Assembly (NCBI GenBank): GCA_047495785.1
Contig: JBLDXI010000015.1
Span: forward strand, 1,364,001-1,428,000
Direction: 5' to 3'
Length of the DNA stretch: 64,000 nucleotides
From: Lepidodermella squamata
Lineage: Eukaryota > Animalia > Gastrotricha
Under the pieces are notes generated by a model that was not told where the DNA came from, ran no database searches, and saw nothing but the letters and a program-made list of their open reading frames with translations. The position numbers were made by a program, and so were the translations under genes. Each line of letters opens with the position of its first letter. Position 1 is the first letter of the stretch. Below, piece after piece: positions 1-11,099 of this stretch.

Positions 1-501
1 GATTGGGCTGGAAATGTCATCCCTGCAGTATTCATAGTTGACATGTCGGTCGTTGAGACGTTTCGCCGCTTCGAGTTGTTTTTCAGGTGAGACCTTGTCA
101 ATTGTGACAATACCATCAGCGAATTCGTCCGAAAGTCGTTGGGAACATTCAATAAAAGCGCCTTCGTATCGTTGTTTCTGAGACCTTTTTAGGCTCCCTT
201 TCAGAGAGATGATGCGTTTGCAAACTGATATACCGAAGTCCTTCTTGCCCTTGAGGCGAAAAGCCGTGTATTCGATGAACTCGAGGATTTGAATCTCATG
301 GTCGAGAAGACGTTCCTGGCCAAGTCGCTCGGATTCATTATAAGCCTGCCACGCTTTGTTGAATTTGTCGAAGGCTTTTTCAAACTCGCCGTTTTGGAAG
401 TAGTCGAAGCCTTTTTTGAAGAATTTCTCGCATTTTTTGTTTGCGGGCGATGTTTCAGTAGAACACAACCCTACTAGTAAGAGGAGAACTAAGGCCCTCA
501 T
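1..501 (-). CDS. Prolyl 4-hydroxylase alpha-like paralog 3 (5' part; runs off the window start)
   Basis: Not in the ORF track because it has no stop inside the window. Manual translation from ATG 501: MRALVLLLLVGLCSTETSPANKKCEKFFKKGFDYFQNGEFEKAFDKFNKAWQAYNES...EIQILEFIEYTAF...VCKRII...NYEYCRDD. This is a signal peptide plus the same TPR-like module (F..G..YFQ...FE.A...FN.AW.A.N / IL.FI.Y.AF) seen in the two adjacent P4HA-like genes. Confidence 0.8.
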   Translation of the reverse strand, partial: MRALVLLLLVGLCSTETSPANKKCEKFFKKGFDYFQNGEFEKAFDKFNKAWQAYNESERLGQERLLDHEIQILEFIEYTAFRLKGKKDFGISVCKRIISLKGSLKRSQKQRYEGAFIECSQRLSDEFADGIVTIDKVSPEKQLEAAKRLNDRHVNYEYCRDDISSPI

Positions 502-694
502 TGCTCTGGTAAAACCACAATTTTTGATTTGAGGAAGGTGCTAGATAAAGGAGTAGTGACGTGGCAATCAATTCAATCACAATAGGGCGCTCATATTGAT
601 CAATCCGTAAAGGACCGTCAGAATCCGAAATGAGTTAGCATGAGATCGCTTTTGTTTACGTTAATCGATTATTTGTGTACGACAACGCTCAGAC

Positions 695-2190
695 TCACTT
701 GGTTTTCTTTATTTTATCGGCCTCCCAACCTATTTCAGCTTCTTCGTATAATCTATGGGGTGAAAAATCAGCCATATCTTTTGAGGTTCTTTTGATTTTT
801 CGAGCGGCGGATGAGAGATGTAAATCTTTAAGAGCCCACAATTCGTTTCCTTTCAAGCCATGGGTACGATATAGGAACTGCCCTCGCCAGTTGAACCATT
901 TATTCGAGACCTGAATAACGAAAAGAAATAACAACACACGTACAATATATATGTAATCAACTGACCCATTTCACGCCATCGAGAACAGGACAAGCTCCAT
1001 GTCGCATCCGCAGATCGTCCGTCTCATTTCTAAAGAAATTGTACCAAAATAACCCCGCTCCAGGCGTTGGTGGGACGTTAAGGCCTAAATGAGAGAAAAT
1101 AGTCGACCCGCCCTCTTTCACTTCATTCAAGTAGAGCAACATTGTAGCAATTCGATCCCCAAAGTTGCGATGAAAGCTTCCCGAAAGACCATCTATGTGA
1201 GGTAGGTAGTCTGAAAAGGCTGAATTAATTGTATAAAATCGCTGGTATCTTCAACTCACGTCCTCCTGTCTCGTAATATCCGATTTGATAAGCTTCAGCC
1301 CCGCCTTGAGCCGCGTACGGATTGAGGCCAGTGCAAGCCTCTATACGTTTAGTCAACCTCGGCACGAGATCTTTTTCGAGAAAAACGACTTTCTGAATTC
1401 GAATTTTAGGCTCTACAGTTGGTTTTTGTCCTGCTTCGGCATGGACGATTGCCGTCCCAAGTTTTCCAGATGCTTGATCGCGCAATGTCTTGCGTTGTCT
1501 CGGAGTTGCTACATTGTGCATAAGCACGACCATGGGATCAGTACTCAGCAATTCGTCTTTAACTGGATCAAGAACCAGTAATGGATTCCGGCCTCTATCA
1601 TCGTATCTGCAGAAAAGCTTTGGGTTTCGAGCTAGTCTCTGGTTCGAAAGTGCTGCAACATCCTGTCGGCAGAGCTTGTATAAAACATGCTTGTCGTGGA
1701 GATTTTTAGCCGCCAATTTTCTCTGCTCCTCTGTCCCATTGACCGCCGCCTTTTGCTCCTCCAGATAAATTTCGCTGAGATGCTTCTCGCAGTTCATAAT
1801 CGCAGGGGCATATTTTTCTCTCTGCTTTTGCGTTATTTCAATTTTGTTGAGCATTCTTTGGCAAATGGATGTAGCAAAGTCGCGCTTGTCTTTCAGGGAG
1901 AATATTACGATATTTTGAAGATAGTCCAGGATTTGAATTTCACCGTCAAAGTAATTGCGCTGGTTTTCTGCGACGGATTTATTGTATAGACGCCAAGACT
2001 CTACAAAGAGATTGAAGGCCTCTTCCATTTTCTGCTGCGAGTACAACTTATGAGCCATGGCAAATAGCTCCATAGCAGCTATATTAGTTGGTAAATTAAC
2101 CGCTGGTGGGCTGGTGGCTGGTGGACTAGTGGGCGTGGTGCCCTCGATTATGGAAATAATAGTGGAAACTAAAATAATAGTCGAAATCAT
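695..2190 (-). CDS. Prolyl 4-hydroxylase alpha-like 2OG-Fe(II) dioxygenase, paralog 2 (3 exons)
   Basis: Predicted exons 2190-1260, 1210-966, 910-695 with GT-AG introns. Signal peptide MISTIILVS..., TPR-like segment, LCR..LFCRY, P.K.E.LS.DP, and catalytic motifs Q.G.Y..GGHYLPHID (HxD), GDRIATMLLYLNEVKEGGSTIF, RHGACPVLDGVKWVSNKW (distal His and 2OG-binding Lys). Confidence 0.9.
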
Positions 2191-2307
2191 TTTGGAAAAA
2201 TATGCGAGAAAAAACACTAGTTTTCGCAAGCATAAGCCACATAGCGAAATTTTATTGAAAGAAAGGCTATTCAAAGCGCGCAGCGTGTGATGAAAAGAGC
2301 CATTGAT

Positions 2308-4046
2308 TCATTCACTTGAATGGTGATAATCTAAATCGTCGAGTGCCCAGTTATCTTGCTGGTCTCGCCCGTGTTTGGCACGAAGCAGCTGGCCTCTCCA
2401 CCGGAACCATTTATTCGCAACCTTAAAACTGAAAAATTAGCCAAATATAATTGGAGTCTCATTGAGACATACCCATTTTTCGCCACGAATTACAGGACAA
2501 GCTCCGTGAAGGGTCCTCATATCAGCTGTTTCATTTTTGTGGTAGTTGAACCAAAACAAGCCCCTGCCATACTTTGCTTTTACTCGAAGGTTCAAGCTCG
2601 AAAAAACTGTCCCGCCTCCTTCTTCAACATCGTTTAAGTACAAAAGTAACGTAGCTATCCTGTCGCCTTGCGAAAGATCAGTTCCATTGAAATATGAATC
2701 GAAATGTGGCATATAATCTAGAAAAGCACTTTAAAGTTGAAAACTCTGAAAAATCTAACAAACTCACGTCCTCCGATGTCGTAATGCCCGATTTGAAAAT
2801 GCTCACTTCCTTCATCGCCTGCATTTAGCCCAGTCACTGCTTCTATCCTTCGGCTAAGAAATGGAAGTTCGGCATTGTTCACCCAAGCTGCTCCTTGTTT
2901 TCTCGTTACAGTTAACAACAGTTTCTCATGGGAGATCGGATTGACCACGAACGCTTCTTGCAAGCCGCCAGATGCTGCTTCTGTCATAAATTTTATCTCC
3001 GACGGTCTTACCATGTCGTGTATTAGGATCGCAATAGGATCAAGGCTTAGAATCTCCTCTTTGATCGGTGAGTAAGTCAATAATGGATGTCGGTTCCGAT
3101 CGCTTAATCTGCAGAAGAGATTACGGTTCTGAGAATTCGCTATATCAGTCTTGACAGCATTTTCCTCTCGACAATAGTCGTATAATTGATGTTGTTCGAG
3201 CCCTTTTGCGTTCGAGATCTGTTCTTCAAGAGTCGCCCCAGTGGTTTCAGCAATTCGATGCGCCGACTCTTGCGCTAAATGGAAAGTGCAGGATGCTATC
3301 CCGTTAGCGTACTGAAGTTTTTGCGCCTCAGTTAACTGCAGCCCCTTCAGTATACGCCTGCATGCTACCAAAGTTATGTTTTGCTGATTTGCTTGAAAAG
3401 CGGAGTATTGAATGAAATCTAAAATGGCGACTTCTTCAAGAGCATGGGGCAGACCTAAAGATTGGGTGAGATTAAAGGCAAGCCAGGACTGGTTGAAAGC
3501 CTGAAGTGCCTCTTCGAACTTATTTTCCTGGAAATATGCGTATCCTGAGTCGAAAAGGTCCTTCTCGTTATTTTCGCCCAGCTCCGGATGGTTTCGATGT
3601 TCGTCTCGAATTTTGAGTTGCTCGTAAGTTCTCAGGGTAATCAAATACCGATCTCTATCGTCATTCGTAAGGCCATCAATTTGACTAAGCATAAAATAGC
3701 AAACATTGATAGCCATGTTGGTATCGCCAGATTTGAAAGCTGAGTGCTGGACGTAATCCAGAATATAGACTAGATCAAGGCTGTGTTCTTTAGCCGCATC
3801 TCGGGTCGCGTTATATGCTCGCCAAGCCTCTATAAATAATTCATGTGCTTCCTTCCATTCCTCAGCTTTAAACAGCCGATATCCTTCGAAGAAGAGTCGT
3901 TTTTCACTGCCGGTTTCTGCTTTTTCATCGGATGACAAAAATGAGCTGATGAAGTCGTAGATGTAGGTGAAGCTTGAATCAGATAGGCGTAGCTGAGTAA
4001 GGAAAATTAGTGCGGCTAGCGCTGGGTATTGTAAACTCTTCAACAT
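2308..4046 (-). CDS. Prolyl 4-hydroxylase alpha-like 2OG-Fe(II) dioxygenase, paralog 1 (3 exons, duplicated TPR module)
   Basis: ORFs 2718-4046 and 2437-2712 plus a last exon ending ...LDYHHSSE* at 2308. Motifs [39 protein letters not shown]|VANKW. Intron positions match paralog 2. Confidence 0.9.
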
Positions 4047-4631
4047 TTATGCTTGTCATGAGGAAAATTCTACGAAACGTTTTTTCGCATGTTGACCACT
4101 CTGTAGCGTATGTGTATGCAAAACAGTAGTAATGACCAATCGTGTTAACAAAAGACGAATGGGTGAATGAAAAAGTAGTTTTTACGCCGCATTTTTTCTG
4201 CGCCCATACTGAGATAAGATTTAAGTATTGTAGTCTTTGCGAATTTATTTTTCGAAATCAATAAATAATTGCCAGCATAATTTCCGATCTCGTCATGCAA
4301 AACAGTAATTTTGCGCGCATTCGGCGATTTTATCCAATAATTTTAGCTTAGTATCTTTGAGTGTCCTGCCAGCTTAAGATTGTTAATGGCTTTCTTCATT
4401 GTGTGCACGAGCCAGGTTTGTAGATGTTATAAACACACGTGATAGCTACTATAAAGCAGCACCCTGTGGGGCTTAACATGATGTTGAATCAACAAGCTGA
4501 CACTTCTAACTTGTATACACGTTAAGTGTAAAAGTGAGTTGTTAATTACACACCTAAGAGAGCGCAGATGAAGGCATCTCATAGCGTTCGAGAAATGCAT
4601 ACCCAGGTACTTTTTCCTGTAATACTCAACT

Positions 4632-5442
4632 ATGCTTGGCCAAGTTCTTACCATTATTTCACTTTTCAGTAAGCAATAATTGATAAACAAATTTGATTAT
4701 TTTAACTATTATTTTCAGGCTTTGCGTTCTCATGCAATCCAGATGCAGGAGGAAACCGATTCTCCCCCATTTCACAGTATGCAAATGAAGTAAGTTGGGA
4801 CCAGTTTGCAACACAGGTGCCGAACAATGAAACTTCGGACGATGGTTCTACCCGGAATGCATCCGTAACAAGCACAATGGGTCCAACTCCTCCTATTGAT
4901 ACAAGAGCCTTGGATGCGATTCGAAATGGAGATTTGTCACTCTTGAAAAGCCGCTCTGACCTAAATGAGCTTCTAGGAAAAATGGCGATAACAGCAGTGA
5001 AAGTTGAGGCTACTGCAAGCGAATCGACACCTACTCGATCTACGTCGACTGCTAGTACAACAACATCGACAACAGAAAAGCCCACAACTTCGACCTCGAC
5101 GAAACCTGCTGCAATCACCCAGCGAGGTTCACCACTCGACAACCCGTTGTCAAACAAAAGCAGCCAGAAAAAGGTAGATAATCTGTTTTTTTATTGTCCT
5201 TGAAAACAATTTTTCATAGTTTTACCATTGCACTGACGGAGGAATGGGCGCTTGTTACGATATGGTCAACTTTTGCCCAGTTGAAAAGCCAACAGTAAGA
5301 CTTCACTATGCTAACGATTCATGCAACTCTTACGCTATTTTAGAAACTTAATGGTTATAATTCCTTCAACGCATGCTGTGACGCAATTCTAGCAGGCGGA
5401 ATCATCACCGTGAATGGTCTCACTTTTTGTGACAGTTTCTAG
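4632..5442 (+). CDS. Secreted Ser/Thr-rich (mucin-like) protein with a C-terminal 6-Cys module; family not recognised
   Basis: Four exons join in frame across GT-AG introns (~4669-4718, 5174-5219, 5295-5343): MLGQVLTIISLFSFAFSCNPD...Thr/Ser tract...FYHCTDGGMGACYDMVNFCPVEKPTKLNGYNSFNACCDAILAGGIITVNGLTFCDSF*. Confidence 0.7.
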
Positions 5443-5554
5443 AGGGAAATCCTCAAATGTTGTTGATCTCCAAAGCTATGATTTCTGAAACTGTATAGAA
5501 TTACTTGTTAGATGAAAATATTTTCACCAGATGATTAAAAACAATATCTGAGTT

Positions 5555-7228
5555 TCAATGTTGCTCAGTTCCATGGAAACCATGGAAGTGATAGAGAGAA
5601 TGGCTATGAGTCTGGTGAACATCAAACGATTGATGTAACAAGTCGCGATTTAGCAAATTCGGCTGAATTGGAAATCCAAGACCGGCTTCATCAATACTCG
5701 CCTCGCTCACCGGCGAATTTGGTCTACGGGTGTTTTCACATGAAAATTTACCGCCAAATTCTTGGGCAGTGAAGTGAATGAATGAAGGCTGAGGAGCTGG
5801 TTTGCACTCAATTGGTTTGGGCTTTTCCGTCAAAAGCCTCATGATTGAGAAATTTGTTATGTAGTTTAGAAAAATTCTCCGAAATCCCTTGCCGGCGATT
5901 AGAAAAATAAGGAAATTGTCTGCGTAATTCATAACCGCAATTACAGAAGCAATATTGAGTGCCTAAAACAAAACTTTCATTAGGTATGCCCATTGTTTGA
6001 AGTAATTCGCGGAAGCTTACCCTACAAAGGCCTATGAATGCTCTGAAACTGGCTTCGCGGCCGTAAATCAGGTGGTAAAGCCGTAAATAGATCAAAATCG
6101 AAAGCTGAGGGGTGAGAAACGCGACAAAACATCCAGTTAGGGTAAGCAATAAGAAAGTCGATCTTCGAGTTCTGAATTTCGTGAGATAAAACACCATGCT
6201 TCTCCGCGTTCGTGATGTTGGAACTCTTCTAATACTCGTCCTGATTAATTCTTTGGTATGAGACGGTCGTAAGCGCTTTCCGTCCTCACCCTGATGAAGT
6301 CTTGTTGAAAGGTAACTAGCAAACTGCGGGATGTTCCTCATCTGTTTGGAAGGGTATTCGAAGTTCTTGGTTGCGGATTCGATATTAGATCTCATCAAAT
6401 CTCTCAACTCCTTTCCAGATTTTCGAATTTTCCAGGCTGTGACGACGTTGAGACTTAAAATAGCGCAGGCCGGTAAGAGACTGAGTAAAATTAGCTGGTG
6501 AACAAATCCATCGATGATAAAGTAAACTGCCATGTCTCGAGCAGTGCATTCAGCAGATATTGTGACATTTGTCCGGAATGTCTCGTTAAACTCAACCTCA
6601 GTCTCATAAGCAGGCTGTGAAATATCGATTTAGGCCTAAATCAAAGCTAAAATCGGACTATACCTCCTGGTAATCAAAAGCCAGTCGCCATAATTGACTG
6701 GTGAGGACGGCGAAAAGAAGGCTTATTAGAATGGCTTTTGTTCCTCTCCTTGAGAACATTTGGCCCAAAGTTAGAGGGAAGCATATCGCACAAAACCGCT
6801 CGGTGGTAACGAAAACTACGACCCAATGAGCCGATAGCTGTAGAACGTTGGGAAACATACGGTACATTTTACATCCGATATCTCCGATGAAAGCTTCGAA
6901 TGTATCGTGGTACTGTAAAATCGTAAGCTAGATCGTTTTTGAAGAAACAATCATGTGAACTCACCCAGATCTGTATAACGTTAGCCATAAGGTTATCAAA
7001 GGAGTCGAGCGCTAGTCCAAACAGAGTAAGAGAGTTCAAAATAGTTAGTATAGTTAGAGTGAACACGTAGGATCTTGCTTTCGAGGATTGTTTCCTCATA
7101 ACTATAAGAGATATGAAGTTGCCGATCGTCCCGAAAAAGAAAAGGAAAAGCTTTGCGACGTCACAATGAAAATTATCGCAATCGGCTATCGGTAGCAAAT
7201 CTTCATCGTTTTCATGCGAGTGATTCAT
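5555..7228 (-). CDS. Class A (rhodopsin-type) GPCR, FMRFamide/myosuppressin/sex-peptide-receptor-like, paralog A (4 exons)
   Basis: Predicted exons 7228-6965, 6912-6664, 6614-6021, ~5963-5555. TM1 GTIGNFISLIVM, ECL1/TM3 GCKMYR, TM3 TTERFCAICFPL, TM5 LLPA..L.LN, TM7 MNYADNFLIFLIAGKGFRR. Confidence 0.88.
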
Positions 7229-7484
7229 TGCCTTTCATTGGTATCAGGTCAAATTTAGTCTGAAACAGCTCAGAGCCATTTGTATTTGTCTATCATTGAT
7301 GAATTTTTATTTGACATCATTCATCTTGAGAATAATAGGGCTAAATTCGCCACATATTCCTCCGACTCCCAAGACAGCAGCCTGGTGCGATTATTCAATT
7401 AAATAAAAGAAAACGCAGCGTGTAAATGTATTAGCCTTGAGTTTCATTTGACTGTAATGAACCGGCATAACAGTACAATGCAGT

Positions 7485-8268
7485 TTAGCTCGATGCCTGT
7501 TTCACATTCTCTCGCTTAATGAAATGTACTGTAAGCGTATGCTGACGAAGTCCTTCCGCATTTTCGTACGTAGCGCAGCAGTTGTGGCAGTCGTAAATGA
7601 AGGTTGGATGTGTTTTACGCTGATGCCTCCTGAGCCTGTTTAAAAGTCCAGGTAAATTTATGACGACCTATCACGCAATTAAAATGACTCACAGGTACTT
7701 CCAGCTAAATTGCTTCGAGCAGATTGCGCAGTGAAATGGCCTCGGCTGATCTGTATGCTTGAGAACGTGGTGTTTCAAACTGACTGGATGCCGAAAAGCT
7801 ATGTTGCATTTATCACATTTGAAAGGGGTCTCGCCGGTGTGCGATCGGCGGTGAGCTGCGAGCTGATGGTAGCAATAATATGAAGACGAATTACATGAAT
7901 GATATCAAAATTCAGACCTTTTGTCTAGTTCTCCATCTTCTGCCGCAAAACTCGCAAGGAAATCCCGACTGAATCGATCGTTTAGAAGTTGACTGAAGCG
8001 AACACTGGGGGGAAATAGGCTGAGACTGAGTTGACGAAGTTAATCTCGCTCTAGGGCTGGGAGCGGAGGTAATCGAAATGACTGGCGAAACAGGCGACTG
8101 AATTCTTTCGTGATTTTCCGTTCGAAGAGTTAAGTCTAGGACACCATGGCTCAGTGTGACATGCCGCGCTAGATCTGAAGTTCGACTATCGAAAAACAGA
8201 CCACAGTAAAGGCAGATGGTTTCTTCTTCGTCAACTTCCATGACTTGGTCAGATTTTGAATCGTCCAT
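7485..8268 (-). CDS. C2H2 zinc-finger protein (3 exons)
   Basis: CLYC...HVTLSH, then CEFC...H linked by HTGETPFKCDKC...H and HTDQPRPFHCAIC...RRHQRKTH, and a final CHNC...HTLTVH. Stop at 7485. Confidence 0.85.
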
Positions 8269-9398
8269 TTGCCAGTTAATTTGAAAATACTCTTTGAAAT
8301 GCCTCTGCTGCCAAAAAAGCATCATGCATCCAGTTGTGAATATGTTTATATTATGTTATCTAAAATGTTCGACATTATGAATTATAAAGGGATTTTTATT
8401 ATAAAGCACCCTTAGTTTATAAAACTCGATGGAATTAGGTAGAAAAGTTGGTGCTTTTGCGAAGCAAGGACCCAAAATTAGCGCTTTAGCAAAGAGCGTA
8501 TGTATTAGGGCGCGGCAGGTGGTTTTTAACTTATTTACATATACGCAAACGTGGCATGGTTATAACGCAGCTTTATTAGATGAGGGCTTCGAGAGAGCCG
8601 TAGTACTTTCATTATTGTTAGTGCAGTCGCCAGCGAAACCGTTTGCTAAATATAGCAACAAAAAAGCGTTTCAACGGCCATTATCACTCCACTCACTCAG
8701 CATCAGCCAGCCGAGTTTCAAATTATAAAACTTAAAAACACAGCGACTGCGAGCATTGTCGGTGCAGGTATGGACTGTAAATTAAAAGTAGGTAAGAAGG
8801 TACAATTTGGACAAAATCGCAGTCCAGGTTGCGAAGTTCGATTTAAATACTGGGCTTGTGGAATTCTAAAGCTATGCGCGGAGATTTCGTTGGAATTTGT
8901 GTTTCAAGCACGTTTAGCCGTTATTGGAATGTCACGCAGTTAGTTCCGCGTTAATTTTTTTACACTTGCGTGGGGCCAGCAATACTATGGCACGTGAAAA
9001 AATACGGTCCTCACACTCTTCAATGAAACCTGTAGTAAGGCTTATTTTACGTGAAAAATAACTTAACGTCTTTGACTCCAAGGAATTTATTGGGTAAATA
9101 TTAATTCCTAACCTTGAATTCCTTCGAAATTCTTAAAATTTAATTTGATTTCCACTTCAGTCCCGTGGACAAAACTGGGCACCAGGCCTTACTCTATCGA
9201 TTGAAAAGCTTATAAGTGTTTACTTTATGCTAAGCTGCATTTGCATGACTTCCCAACATATGGCTGATGTTCCCGCGGTAGATTATGAGGAAAGTAGTAA
9301 ATAAATAATGCTTGGACCTCTACCATGTAGTAAAAGCTTCAGCATCTCATTATGCGTAAATTTACCCACTCATTCTATGGTCATTTTTGTCAGTTGAA

Positions 9399-10954
9399 AT
9401 GACCTGGTTTCATGATCTTTTAGTTAACTGTTCTTCCTACAGTTTAGTGGCTATACCTGTTATTCTCCTTGTATTAGCAGGTAAGCCTCTTCACTCATGG
9501 ATTCAAATCAGTAAGTTTTCATTTTCGGCCGATCTACAACGCATCAATTCGATATTCTAGATGCTCCATTCTTGACTTGTTTCCTTGAATGGCTAATTGG
9601 AAAGCCGAATAAAACTTCCTATCCAGACCTGGTATCGAATCATCAGGAACAAAATAGCAAAGAAAAGCCAAGAAAGACCACAAATTTTTTAAACGAAACC
9701 CTTCAACAATTTGATATTATTACTTCTACGATCCCAACAAAATGGTGGGCTGCGATAAAGTTTATATTTTGTGCGGCCGGTTTGCAGATTTCCTTTCTGA
9801 CATGGGGTGTCCTGCAAGAACGTATGGTCACCCGAACTTACAATGGCAAGCGTTTCAACGATTCTGTTTTCTTGGTTTTCGCGAATCGATCTTTGGCTTG
9901 TGTTCTAGGGGCCATAGTCGTGGCTGTTCAGCGCATGAACAGCCCATCAGATGTTGATATCGTCTCAGCCCCGGCTTATAAATACATGTTTGCTGCCATC
10001 TCGAATATAATGGCCACCTGGTTTCAGTATGAAGCCCTTAAATTTGTCAGTTTTCCTCTACAAGTTTTAAGCAAAACATGCAAAATTATTGCGACAATGC
10101 TAGTCGGCGTTTGCTTTCTTCGCAAGTCTTTCACTAATCTTCAATACGCAATTGCAATCTCAGTCACATTTGGAGTCACCCTGTTTGTGTTTGGCAACGA
10201 ATCAAGTGGAGCCAGTAAGCAAACTTCCCAGCCGACATATGGACCTCATCTGCCGGCAGAGGATAATACTAAGGATTCGGCCAGCCAACTTGCAGTTGGA
10301 AGTTTTCTCCTATTGTGCTACCTAGTTTTCGACTCATTCACCTCAAATTGGGAAGAAGAACTATTTCAGTAATTAAAGGCTGTTGTGATTTAAATTTAAA
10401 TTGACGCTAATTGAGGTATTTTTAGCTCTTATCCGAATCTATCGTCCTACGACATGATGGCTGGTGTAAATTGCTGGGGAACGATTCTGACCGCTACAGC
10501 TCTGGGAACTCATGGCGGCTTCAAAGAAGCTATTTCATTCATGCAATCAAGCCCAGAGTTTGCATGGCATGTGTTTCTATTAGGTTTGACTTGACGTCCA
10601 AGTGCTAAAGAGATTCAACTCATCATTCATCTTTCAGCTCTCTCTAGTGCATCTGGAAGTCTTTTCATATACTACACAATCAGCTCATTTGGTGCTGTTG
10701 CCTTTGCATCAATCATGACAGTCCGACAAGCGCTGGCGATTTTCCTGTCTTGTATGATTTACGGCCATGCAATCACTCCTCTCGGCTTCTTCGGCCTACT
10801 TTTCGTATTTTGCTCACTGGGCGCTCAAATTGCAATGCGTAAATCGACACCGAAAAAGCACGATGAGAAATCCGCATTCAAGCAGCATTTTGATGACAGA
10901 AAATCCACGCGAGACAGACATCACACAGTCATTTCGTTCCCGCAAGCTAAATGA
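9399..10954 (+). CDS. SLC35B2: Adenosine 3'-phospho 5'-phosphosulfate transporter 1 (slalom/PAPST1)
   Basis: GLQISFLTWGVLQER, FLVFANR, AP.YKY...SN.....FQYEALKFVSFPLQVLSK.CK, YLVFDSFTSNW, FIYYTI..FGA..F..IMTVRQ. The upstream exon WFHDLLVNCSSYSLVAIP resembles the N-terminal helix. Start codon uncertain. Confidence 0.9.
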
Positions 10955-11099
10955 CATTACAAGCTTTTATTACGAGATCAATATTGTTATAAAGAAAAAG
11001 CCGTAGGATTACAGGAAAATTGCGAGATAACACGCAGAGAATAAACGTAGAAATGTTGATAAGAAATATGCCCTCAGGGCATTCTTTTTTCAGCAGCTG

